From Phallusia mammillata (taxonomy: Eukaryota), in NCBI GenBank assembly GCA_965637545.1, contig OZ281494.1, positions 15,996,001 through 16,060,000 of the forward strand: 64,000 nucleotides of DNA, in the 5' to 3' direction. Positions 23,601 through 35,600 of this stretch are shown piece by piece; positions within the stretch are counted from its first letter, which is position 1, and every line of letters begins with the position of its first letter. The position numbers were made by a program, and so were the translations under genes. The notes under the pieces were generated by a model. That model ran no database searches and was not told the origin of the DNA. It was given only the letters and a program-made list of their open reading frames with translations.

Positions 23601-26600
23601 CATCCTTGTCGCTCTGTTAGGCTACGTTTTAAGATAGTGATCAAAAGTGAAAAATGACATTTTTTCATTTAACTCGTAATGAGGCATTATCTTTGCACAG
23701 TGTAGGAATACATTTAGTTTAGCTAATTTCCCGGAGCGATAGCTGCTGTTGTGTTCAAAACATACATACATTCATTTAAAAATTCTTTCTAGTCTGAATT
23801 CGCGCACCGCTCCTAATGTTGTTGCCATGCATTTATTTGCAAAAACGTAAAGAAAGGTTTGAATCCACGCAGTGTCGGTGCTTTTAAACAAACATGCTTC
23901 AATGGATAAGATGAAAAACTGAAATCCACTTTAGCAAACCACTAGCTTCCTGTCCTATTGCCGTTCCAGAGCTATCACAAACCACACAGAAACAATATAA
24001 TACCTGAACCATTGTGTGCATTTCCCTCCCACGTCACCCCGTGTAAACAGCAACAAACAAGTTCGTCCCAAATGGCGCGTTTCGACTCCCAGACCCAAAA
24101 TCCTGTGCTTGGCTCCGAATGGTTAATAAACTCTGGTGTGAGTTTTTGATACGGCTATTTGAACTTGTAAGGATCGTTACTCTCTAATGATGTTTCTTGT
24201 CTGAAAGCTGTAAGTTTCGTCTGCATACATGGCGGAACGAAAAATATAACTTTTTTCCTAGAAAATGGCCTTTTCTGTGTGCTTGGTACTTTTATTTTTG
24301 ACATTTTGACTCAATTAACACCAGCATGAAAAGAAAAATGTGTTTGTTAAATAGGTTTATTCTGGCGTATTATGGTTGCGTTTTATTTCTGTCTTTATTT
24401 AACGTGCAAAAAATGTTGCGAAATATCAAAGTTTCAAATGCTTACTTCATCTAACATTGATGGGGATTTAATTTCGAAAACTGTTTTTAAGGTGGGCATA
24501 GCAATCACGATCTTGTACTTGGTTTGGAAAAACTACGCCAGCAATCATCCCATTGCTGCCAATAATCTTGGCATATTCAAAAATTTTGTATTTTGCAAAA
24601 CCAATGTCTGCAATCATAATTATGTGGGTGCTGTCTAAACCATTTAGGTTAATCCTCAACAAGGCCAGAGATCAAAACACGGCGCAACCAACACAAGATT
24701 ACACTGTAACACATGTCACTCCTGTTCGGGACGTTTAGCTTCGCATCATATCTGCAGCAGAAAATAGCAGCGTCTTAACTCCAAAACGGGTAACTTAATC
24801 GTGGCTACTGGGGGTAAGTTTTTTTTGGCAAGTGACAGGCTTGGCATGCCGCTGCCACTCTCCACCTGTCATACACAACACCGAGGTGTCAGCTTACGGT
24901 AAGGGTCGCCTCGCCTTGTCGTGGTAACTCCATTAGGGCGCGTGTGAAAAATTTCGCTGATCGGTAATGGCACGCGCGCTATTCACAGTTACTGCAATGG
25001 TGCATCTCGTAGATTAAGGCTGTAAAATGTGGGACCCCTGAATTGCAAAAAAACGCGGTGTTTTCGCTTCTTAGATTTGTCGCGTTAGGCGCCATGGAGC
25101 GGAAAATTGTGCCGTTTAATTTACGCTCATGGTAATCCTTATGTTACTGAACCAATAGCGTGGGAATCAAGTCACTTAAAGCTCTAGGCCACAACCTTTT
25201 TGATTACTGTTCTTTAGTTTGGATAGAAACTATGATGCTAAAGCTGACATAAGGGATTTACCATTGTTTAGTTTTTGGGTCCGTGGTAAGGCCACTATCA
25301 AACTGTTTAGGAACCGCACTAACCTGACAAGTTCCGTCAACGCAAACATCAAGACTTCCATCTCTGCATCTTGTTCCGTCCACCACCTTATCTGCTTGCT
25401 TGATGAAAAAGTTGTCTTCGTTTGGTTGACAATACAACGCACAAGGGTTTGATACCGAACCTGAGGACAAATAAACATATTTGCATCGGAGATGGTAATG
25501 GTCTAAGGCTGGGGGCAAATTGTCGTAATGGCCTGGGAAGATTATCGAACAAGACCAAATATTAATGTAGGAAATACAGGATGTGTTAACACCGTCGCTG
25601 TAGGCCCTGTAATTTGCCACGTCGACCTTGTACTTTATCGGCGAACAAATTGTGGGGAAGCGTATCTGGTGGTTGACCTTATTATGGACTTGAAAGCTGC
25701 ATATTCTAAGGCAATTTTTGGACATGGGCGCTTGAAAGTAAAAATATTCGTCACATTTTAAACGGTGGACTATAGTAAGCCCAGTTTTTTTATATTGTGT
25801 GATGAAAAGAACCATGAAATATCTCAAATACATTCGTAGTCGCATATTCTCAACGTTTGAATACTGCGCGTGATGCTGGTGTTTCGGCCACAGCAGCTGT
25901 TACGTACATTTACCCATTTGCAACATTACGGTTTGAGTCAGAAAGTAGTTCGTTTAATTTAACTGCTATCATTTAACTGCTATATAATATCATGTCTTAC
26001 CCTTACGGAAATTGTCGAGTTTTCATTGCAACGTTACAAAATTCAGACACCATTAACTCGTAGCCGATTTGAATGGCTGAATGCATGTCCAAAGGTGGGA
26101 AAGTTTGCAACGATTTACCCGTATCGCTCTTAGGTGTTTATTCTCACACCTGCTCAGCTTCACGGCACACGCAAAGCGGCACGATCAGGTGTGAAAACAA
26201 GCGTTCTTCCCACGCCCAGCAGTGGACTGCATCAACAATGGGCCAGACAATTAAGCGCCCAGCTCTTACATTATAGAATAAATGATTGTGGTTCCGGGTG
26301 GCGGATCGCGTAAGAGGATGGCGGAGAGAAGGGGCGCGTCCGTCTCATTTATAGGTGCGCTACAATAGGAGGCACGCGCGGTGTCGCGTTGCAAGGAGGG
26401 CCGGGGAGGTTTTGACGCGATTCAGGAATATGTGGTTGCGATCAATCCGTTTTCTATAACTGATTGTGTTCTTTTTTGAACATTCGGTTTTCTCTTGTTT
26501 TAACCACGTTTTAACAACTCTCCTTTTTGAGGTCTCCAATTAACGCCATAAGTACGATTTAAAATCTTTGGGCCGTTTTAGTCTTAAACTGGCTTCGAAT

Positions 26601-29600
26601 GTAGTCCTACAAAAAACATATATTACCACCTACTTCCGGTATATGGCTTCCAAGTGTGCGTCCTCCCACCAAACGACTGGTTATTATAAGTGGCACATTG
26701 CTCTGATCTAAAATCAACTCCACCATCTGGACAGTCCTGCAAAAACGTACAGATTAATACGCAATAAAATTGTTTTTCCCCCAGGTCAATATTATCTTGT
26801 TCGATTAACGAGCATGCCACTTACAGTATCATCACCAACAATGCAAAAAATGTGTTTTGATCAATGGAATTGCGCAATTAAAATCTATGGTAACTTCTGG
26901 CATTGGTTAACTCAAATTTGGAAATCCTTGTATGTTTTCTTCCTGCACACATCGACGTTGTTGCACTACAGATAACCACAACAATGAGACAGGAGACCCT
27001 GAGGGCGCGTTTTCAACTCAACACTGACATAATGCCAGACACCGCAAAGTAAACACGGAGCTTAGTCAAAATCCCCGCGAAACCCAAACAAAGGGATCTC
27101 CAAGCCCCCGTCGACCTCCCAAATCCGACCGTAGGTCCGAAGTGGTATAATTGGGATGGATGAGGCTGTCCACTGGTCGGGGTAAATGCATTGTAACAAA
27201 TGGGACTGGGGCGGTAGTATTTAATCACTAGCGTTGTGGGGTGAGGGGTTATCGTCCCAGAAGAGGCCAGACTGGGTAACATGAATCCCCTAAAATGGTA
27301 GAGGAAAGTGGAAACTGTCGGTTAAACTAATGGCATGGTTGACAGGTTGGATGGGAAAGTGTTCATAGTGCTGTGTGATGTAGGGATTATGAGGATGGTT
27401 TTGTATCCGTTGGGCGTAGGCTTTTTCCTTGTTGGTACCAACGAGAGTTATAGGACTTCGACGACGACTTATAATGAATTAATTAAATTGTCAAAAGAGG
27501 AAAAACAAAGCCAAGCTAGATATCAATCCTGAAGTATATACTTTGTGAGGATGGCATCATTATTTTTCTACATATCCACAGCAAAAGACTCAGTTTTCCT
27601 TGGTGTGGCCCTTTCCTTGCTTTTAACCCAAACTCGACTCTGTTGGTAAAGCCAGCTTCTACACAAAAGCGTCTATACACTGGTGCGTAATTGGACGACC
27701 TAAGCCTAGCGAGCGATTTTATTTCAATCCTAGATTTGCAATGACGGTCATCCAACACCACTCGGATAACTTTGAAGATTCGACTCCCACCTTTAACCCC
27801 GCCCGAGGTCAGACCTTATCGGAGCTTGCCATTAAACAAGGCCCTCTTCCACCGATAGACGATTCGTCTGTCGCCAAAAACCTCAGTCAGTCTGCCCAAC
27901 TCTGACGCCACACAATAGGCGATTGTTACGTAAACAAACATACCGCAACTTTGTTCAGGTCACTGTCAAGTTGAAATACCTGGTGTGTGAAGTAATGTCA
28001 GAGTGTTAGAAGTGGAATGTCTGGCCGCGTGGACTAGATTTAACAGTGATTTGAAAAGGTTTCGGGTAGGATTTTATCGTTTTAACAAACCATCGTAACC
28101 GTTACAGACACTAAAATTGTTGAAACGCGACCTGTGATTCTATCGTATTGTAGCTTATTTAAATTGCGACGAAGAAAGCTATTGGATCGATAACATAAGA
28201 GAGATCTGGGTGTGGAAAACACAGTTGTTCTCCCTAACACAACTAGTATCATGCAGCTCTGTAGGGTTAAAATCTTGTACATCTGACGATTCTAAATTGA
28301 CCTCGTAAATGTGTTACTGACAGAACGGCAAAACATTTTTAGCAACTTAAAGTTATTTCCAACACGCTTTTGTGTTAAACATTCTTGAGCAAAGCAGCAC
28401 ATCATGTCAGTCATTGCAACTTGCAGTGGCACGTAGTTGAACCCACACTATCCAATCCACTTTCACGTCCCGAACAGGCCATTGATAGCGGAAACATAAA
28501 CATTCCTGGTCTGTAAGACCCTAATCGATCCACTTTACAAGACCACACAACGACAAATGTATTGAGCAACTCCATAAACACCCATGTGTGTGGTCTTTCT
28601 GGGTCGGAAGTACTATGAAATCGCCTAACGTTAAGGGTGGTCACTCTTCTAAAGCTGTGACCTGGATATAGGCACTTCAAATGTTGAAAACAACTTCGTG
28701 ATATCAGAGAACTAAAGAAGCTGGCCGCTTCCAGCGGGTATTGGCGCTTTGTTTACGGTAGGACGGGAAACGGTGAGATATCCCCGGATTCCGCGCGTTT
28801 CAAGCCGGCCGGCATATCAAAGGATTTTTCCGGCGTCGGTTGCGCCTCGATGCACAGCTGAAGTTTTGTGGATGATATTTTGGCCGGATACATCCGGTCG
28901 AACCGAAAAACTTTTTCTCTTGCGGTTGTGTTACCAAAATCGTTTTAATAGATGCACACAGGCAAGCGCGAACATTACAAAAAATCATTCTGTATGGCAT
29001 TTACTATTTTCAATTCAAAGGCTTCATAAGAACAAATAATGTAATTCAGCGATCAGACATAAATATTTTCAAACTCTAAAGTCGCGAATCACAGGCGTCG
29101 ACTGTATGCTAAAGATAATGAAAATAGGGCCCTTCACAGAAGAAATACAGATGAAATACAAAGTCCCCCAAAGAAAAACGACTATTATATCACATAGACA
29201 CGATCTCACCTGAATGTTACAGGAGCTGTACTTTTTCGTGGGTCCGATGCAGTCGGCTGTGCCGTCGATTCTGTAAAAAATGCATTTCGTAAAAATAAGC
29301 ATACACATACGAACTAAAGTAGTTTGCAGTGAATTTCTGTCCTCGAACGGCCTGGCATGAAGTTCCAGGTGGCAAATCGATGTGTGGTTGGTATAAAACC
29401 AACTAGCCGCAAAAAAGTTTGGTCTTGTAGTTTGTTGCAAACAAGCCCAACTCCAGACAGAATCTCATGTATTATTCAGTGCATTTCGACATTTGTCTGT
29501 TCAATTTCGTAACCAATGACAGTGCTGCGAATGCACCAAATTAACAACATCTGCAATGCCTATACTGTATAATCTTTAAAACCAAGACACTATCAAACCA

Positions 29601-32600
29601 AACAAACAGTTACGCACATTACATTAAACACCAGGGCCATAGTAAAAACTAATGTCAAATCCGCAAAAACATGTCGTTGCCTAATTTAACATTTGAGACA
29701 ACATGTATGATTAACAGTTGCGGATATTGCCCACGGTTACTGGACCGAAACGCTGTTATTGTGACGTAAGATATGCCCGTTGATGACAACAATTGTCGAG
29801 CGGTTGTTCCAGAATACAAGGAAACTTTTGTGACAACAAACCACAATTCCTGAGAATATGTAGGTCCATGGTAATTTGGACTGAGGTTTACAGAATTGCT
29901 GCGCTCGGTGACAACCCACAGTGTGACTGCAAAGACTTTTCTGCAAGAGTTTTGCCGACAAGGCAAGTACTAGATTTTTGACTTTGTTTTGCTGAAAATT
30001 ACATTTAATATACCACGACAGAAAACCAAATACTTCCGTATTGACGAGATACATTGACAAAATATCAAATGTTATAACTTGTTTGCAAAGTTGGTTAAAG
30101 TGCTGGGTCAGGTTAACAGATTGCTCAGCATCCTAAAATATTTGTTTGTTCATCGTACCATTGGTGATGTGGAAAATTTCGGAAACTCGAAAACACACAT
30201 CTTATCATGCAGAAATAAGATAGGGTCTGCACCTGTAGGTATTTACCTGAAAATAAACCCTATAAGGCAAAACGCAGGAGACAATACCGTGAGACGGGAG
30301 TAGCAATAAAACGCCGTGTCCGGGGATTTGCGGTTGCTCTCATGGGATCTGAGTCAGTTTTTTTTGTCGCATTTGGCGACCGATGTTATAATATTTTTTG
30401 CACAAATAGCGAATGATTTGGCAAGATTGTAATAAACAAGTTGCTTGAGTGGCTTGTATTCACGTACGTCCGAACTGTCGTAACCCCAACCGAGGCTTGC
30501 TACAACCAGTGTTGGGGTCACCAAAGGTCATCACTTGGCCTGTTTGTTACGTGAGTGCTCTTCCGCATTGTGAGCCAATCAAGTGTAACCGCACGCGGAA
30601 GCGAGAGGCATTTCTTCCCACGGCCAATTGAAAACGACACAGATGCGAAAACAGCTTCGAGTGTTAAATGCGTGTGGTGCGATGTTTGTGGCTTCCACAT
30701 GTAAAGTTGTGCGGTCCAGCACCTGGGCTCGACGACACAGAAATTGCCAGTTGAAAAGAGTCCGCCTCTTGCGGGTTTTTACGACCCCATAACTCCAGCC
30801 ATATGAAACGAGGTTTGGTAATGGTTTTGGGCTGCTTTGGTCATAAAAATGAACTTGCGTAGAATCTTATTGGACTTGATACAAGCTGTACTGTTACCAG
30901 GAAAAGATTAATGTATAAGTAGCTAATAAAATCTCTTTTTTATTGAGCTAGATTACTAAGCTAGTTATTTTCCATCAAAATACCACTCTTTGAAAGATCG
31001 ATTTTATGCGAAAACTACATTTGAAGTAATCTATAGCATTTTTCCAGCAACTCTCACGGTTTGTGAGAAACTCAATCACCAAACGAGGTGTTGATGTGGA
31101 TTTAAACGCTTCACTTTTCCCTTTAATCCCTTACTTTTATCGGCTCTCAGCGCGGGAAGCTGTCATTCATATAGGCTATTACATCAATCGACTATGTCAA
31201 CTTGTCCGTTTGAAAACTTTCAATTGCGAACGACGGGCCGAGCCCAGTTTACTACGAGCAAGCACTTAGCTTATGGGGGCAGTGAACGATAAACTGAAGT
31301 TAATGTGTTCCCGGTTTCCTAGCTCCGTACAGAATGTATCTCGAAACCCTACAACTAAAACCGGATATTAGGCTAAAATCTTAGACTGTGTCTATGTCTA
31401 CTTCGGTATTTTGAACTATTTATTTGCGTTTTCTTGACACAAAAGTTTGTGATTCACCGTTGGACCTCCATGTCTGAATCATATCGATTACAACAGCCTA
31501 AAAAGGTGTATGTTTTGTGTTCTAATTACGATGCGTCATTTTTTATTTGTCATAAGTTCTGTCTAGTTGGTCGGTTTACTTTTCATCTATCTTTGTTTTA
31601 AAGCGCGATTTAAAATTTAACATTTTCAAGCAAAACACGTTCCAACCAGTGGTGGGATTTAATTTTTTTGTCAGCCGGTTCTATCACAAATGCCATATTT
31701 TTCAGCCGGTTCAGTTACAAAAAGTCCATTGACAGTAACCAGTAATGCTAACCGGTTCGCTGATCGCATAAAATTCATGAGACGGTTCTACAGAACCGGT
31801 GCGAACCGGCTGAATCCCACCACTGGTTCCAACTATAAAACGTGCTTGACCTTTGAAACTGATTGTTTTTGAATGCAGCATATTCTAAATATATCACGTC
31901 CGTTTACTCGCAATTTTCGTTTTAACTAACATAACTTTAATTTTTGAAATCTTCAATTAGGGTCGTTGCAGCGTGTGCTAATGTGTTGCAGCTATTGCCC
32001 AACTTTAAATGTCAGTACATGTGTCGCGTGGGTAAGAAAGCATGACCGTGGCGGGCTGGGTCTGTTTCCTGGTATCTGGTTTGTTGAGATCACTTCGCTG
32101 CTTGTTTGTGAGCTACTGTATGGCCAAGCAAGAATCGTGATGCTTAGGGGCGTGTCATTTGGAGTGTTGTTCCTCGCGGGGGCAGTTGCAAACGGAAATG
32201 TACACATGCGGCTATACGCGAGGGTAACTAAAATAGATCAGGGGCATAAATTGATGCTATATTTGAAATTAGACGCGGTTATTGTTCGAGTATTTGGTAA
32301 ACAGTACTGCGAAAAGGTTATGGAAAGAACGTAGTAGCTTAATTTTAGGGCGTGTTTGCAACTTTAGCCGTAACGATATCTTTCGTTTTCGGTGTAACAC
32401 AATCGCAATGTTTTGAAACTTCAGCTCAAACGAAAGTACAATGAGTTTTGCGCTATTTTAGGGCTGTTTGGGATTGCAGACCTCATGTAGCGAAAAACAG
32501 GAAGGTTTGGTCGAAAAAAGAGTGTTTCTCACCAAACTTTTCAGTTGTGTGTTAAAATAGAATTCAAAAGGTACAATTAACCTTTCGCCATAACATCATC

Positions 32601-35600
32601 TTTGTCGAAGGTGTTGTGATTAGGCATAGGGGAAACAAGTTGCCGTTAACTATTGCGTTCTCAAACATGTTACATAAGGGAAGCGTAAAAACGAAAGTCC
32701 AAATCGCATTTCTTGTTACGCCACGGAAAGGCAAACATTACGCGTGGGTCCCTCTCCGCAAATCACCTGCATTTACTTTCGACAAGCAATGCCTACATAG
32801 CGCGTCACAACGCCACTAACCCGCTATTTGTGGGCAAACAAAGGACTTCGGGGTCTTGCTGACGGAACACTGAAGCAAGTTTAGATCGAGTCAATCATTA
32901 AACCAGTATACAACAGCGAAATGAAAACACAATCAGTTCACGCGGATAGATTTATGTTCTCGTCAGCAACGGCAGCTTGACGGGTTCGGGTGTCTTGCAG
33001 GATGGATGGGGTCTTAATGTGTCGGCTAAATAACGCGCGTCTTTGTTAAGCATGTTTCGCGCGCAAATATATCGTTTTTCTGCCGTGCTGTTGCAGGCGC
33101 CAACGCGCCCATAAAATTTCCACAAGTTACGAAAATTCTCACGGCCATAAGGTTTTTCAATTTTACGATTTGCTTTGTTGTTAAAAGCAGTACTTATATT
33201 AAAATCGGGTAAACACTTTTATTAAACAAAGCAATTCACACAACATAACAACCGGGTTATTGCTTATTATACACCGCAATGTGATGTTGCACAAACTATC
33301 AAAATAACAGTGTTGAGTAGAATTTTGTCAAGAGTATTTATGTAATCAAAGAAAGAGCAAAAACACCTGCGATCTAAATTCACGTGAACATCATCCATTT
33401 AACGTAAAACTAATAGCTTAAACTATTTTTTTTATTACCAATAATGTTTTCATACATCCAAACAAGCACTTTGCTGTAAATGCTTGGACCAAAAGAGGTT
33501 ACCAAGATGGGTAATTTGGCTTACGATCGTTGAAGGTTCAATTTCTTTCGGCTAAATTACCAGGCAAAAATCAATTCCAATGCTGAATTTTTGTATTTCG
33601 CGTTACATCGAGTCTATAATTTACGTTCGGAGTCGATTACTGCCCTCAACGAGCTTTATCGGAACGTCGAGGGCTTCTATAAATAATCAACCGGCGTACC
33701 CGGCCCCTTAAAATAACATACCGGCTCGCGAGTACTAGATTGTGACGTCATCAATGTTTCTTAGGCTGCGCAATACAGCGTAACCACAACTGCGTTCGCT
33801 GGTTTTCAAATTGATGGATGCACAGTACGTTTGACTTTACCAATCAAAAACTGTCAAGCGATACTAAGGGCAAAAACTTTGTCCCTAGTTTGCACCTACT
33901 ACGAAAAGTACAAAATAACACTCATTGTCGTTGGTACAAACTAGGGACAAAGTTTTTTTTACCTGAAACGAAATGTTCGAAACTTACGATGTAATTCGCG
34001 AAACGAATCTTGTGACTTTGCCGATAGTTAAACATTTTATTTGCTTCCGAGGCTGCTGGAGTTCTACGCGTTAAACCATCTGTTTTTCATATGAAAACCC
34101 AAGTTATAGAAGTTCTAAAATTAGTGGATTGCTGTAACAACAATGTGGTCGGAAAATTGACCTTACCTTGTGGTTTGACACTCTCTCGCCATGTAGGTGA
34201 TTCCCCCTCCACAGGTACGTGAACATGGGTGCCACTCACCCCACAGGCCCCAGCCCTCATTAAAATTCTCTTGGAAGCGGGTTTCGTCGTGCTGAAGCGT
34301 CTGAAACAGGAATTGCAAATTGAAAAAGCCTTTCGGGCGAAGGACTAGATAAGTAGTTACTACAGGAATGCGTGCACGTTGCTGTAAATATGCCTTCGAA
34401 ATACGTTACTTGTATAGTCTGTGCTGCTTAACCGGCAGAGACGATACGTATACTGCCGATGTTCTTGCAAAAGTTGCATTTGAACAAACTTTGCTGACCA
34501 GGCCGGTACTGGACACTGTTTTTGGTTCGAAAAGGTCAAGGGTCATTTGATGAGTAAGTGGGATTAATCTCGCTTCGCGGTAGGTAAGAGTGGGATCACA
34601 ATTGTCACAAAGGCAACACTGGCAATTAATTTATCAAATGGGTTGTGTTATGCAAGATCTGTAGGCAGAATAAACGTGTTCCTCTACAAATTCTCCATGT
34701 ACATTCATAGGTACAAAAAATGTTTCTTACTTGGCCGCAACCAAAGTATCTCACCACACCTTTACTGCAAACCTAACCTTATTACCAGCAAACAGTGTTG
34801 GGTGACTTGGGGCTCTCAGACCCCATCGTACGTGACGCAAGTAGTGGGTTCGGTTTTCGAGACATAGCACATCTTGTTCGAGTCTCAGTTGTATCAGATA
34901 AGCCGTGGTGACGTATTTCGTGGAAGAGCAATCAGGAATTTCACCCAATTCCTGGTTGTGCAAATTTGCAGGCGAATGTGCACAAAGAGTCTTTACGTGC
35001 TGCGTGCGCTTTGAGTGATTGGGGCCACTGTGTATGCTAAACAGATTGCTGTTTGCTTTAAAACACAATCGAATAGATAACTGTGTGATATGGTGGTTCA
35101 ATTGAGACGATATGGCATTTCGGAACTTTTACACTAGTTGTTAAAATACATATTACAGTTTGATATGGCAAAATATGAAACATACAATATTTATGCACGT
35201 TTGAAAAGTCCACCCTTGTCCTTGTGTAAAATGTATTTGTGTGCAAGCTGTAACAGTATTACAGTACCTCATAACAATTAAAAAAAACAGTAACTGAATA
35301 TTTTGAGCCAACTTTGCCGAAAAAGTTGACCACGGTCGTTGTTGCACAGTGAGGATTTAGGACAAAACGCCTGCCTGACCCTAAAAACTGACCCCGACCT
35401 TTTGAGGGTCAAGTTAACTTTTGAGGCTATTGGTTACTCTATTACGCCGAAAACATTTGATCTTTCAGGGTCACATCATCTTTCAAACACATTCAAGATG
35501 ATTTATCGCTTTGCTTGACGTTCAAATTCTTGCATAATCCCCGGTGTTGCTAGCCACTTATAGCGCTTTTCATTATCTACAAAAAGCATTTTCATTACCC

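Noticed and set aside
27595-27609. FPWCG peptide resembling telomerase RT motif E
   Set aside because: A five-residue match in a short, stop-bounded frame with no other TERT motifs nearby.
31966-32334. 122-aa plus-strand ORF in papilin intron 2, and similar 60-140 aa ORFs in the track (e.g. 4969-5274, 20621-20977, 29655-30060, 37303-37716)
   Set aside because: No recognisable domains, no chain of spliceable exons, and many start at non-ATG codons; consistent with chance ORFs.
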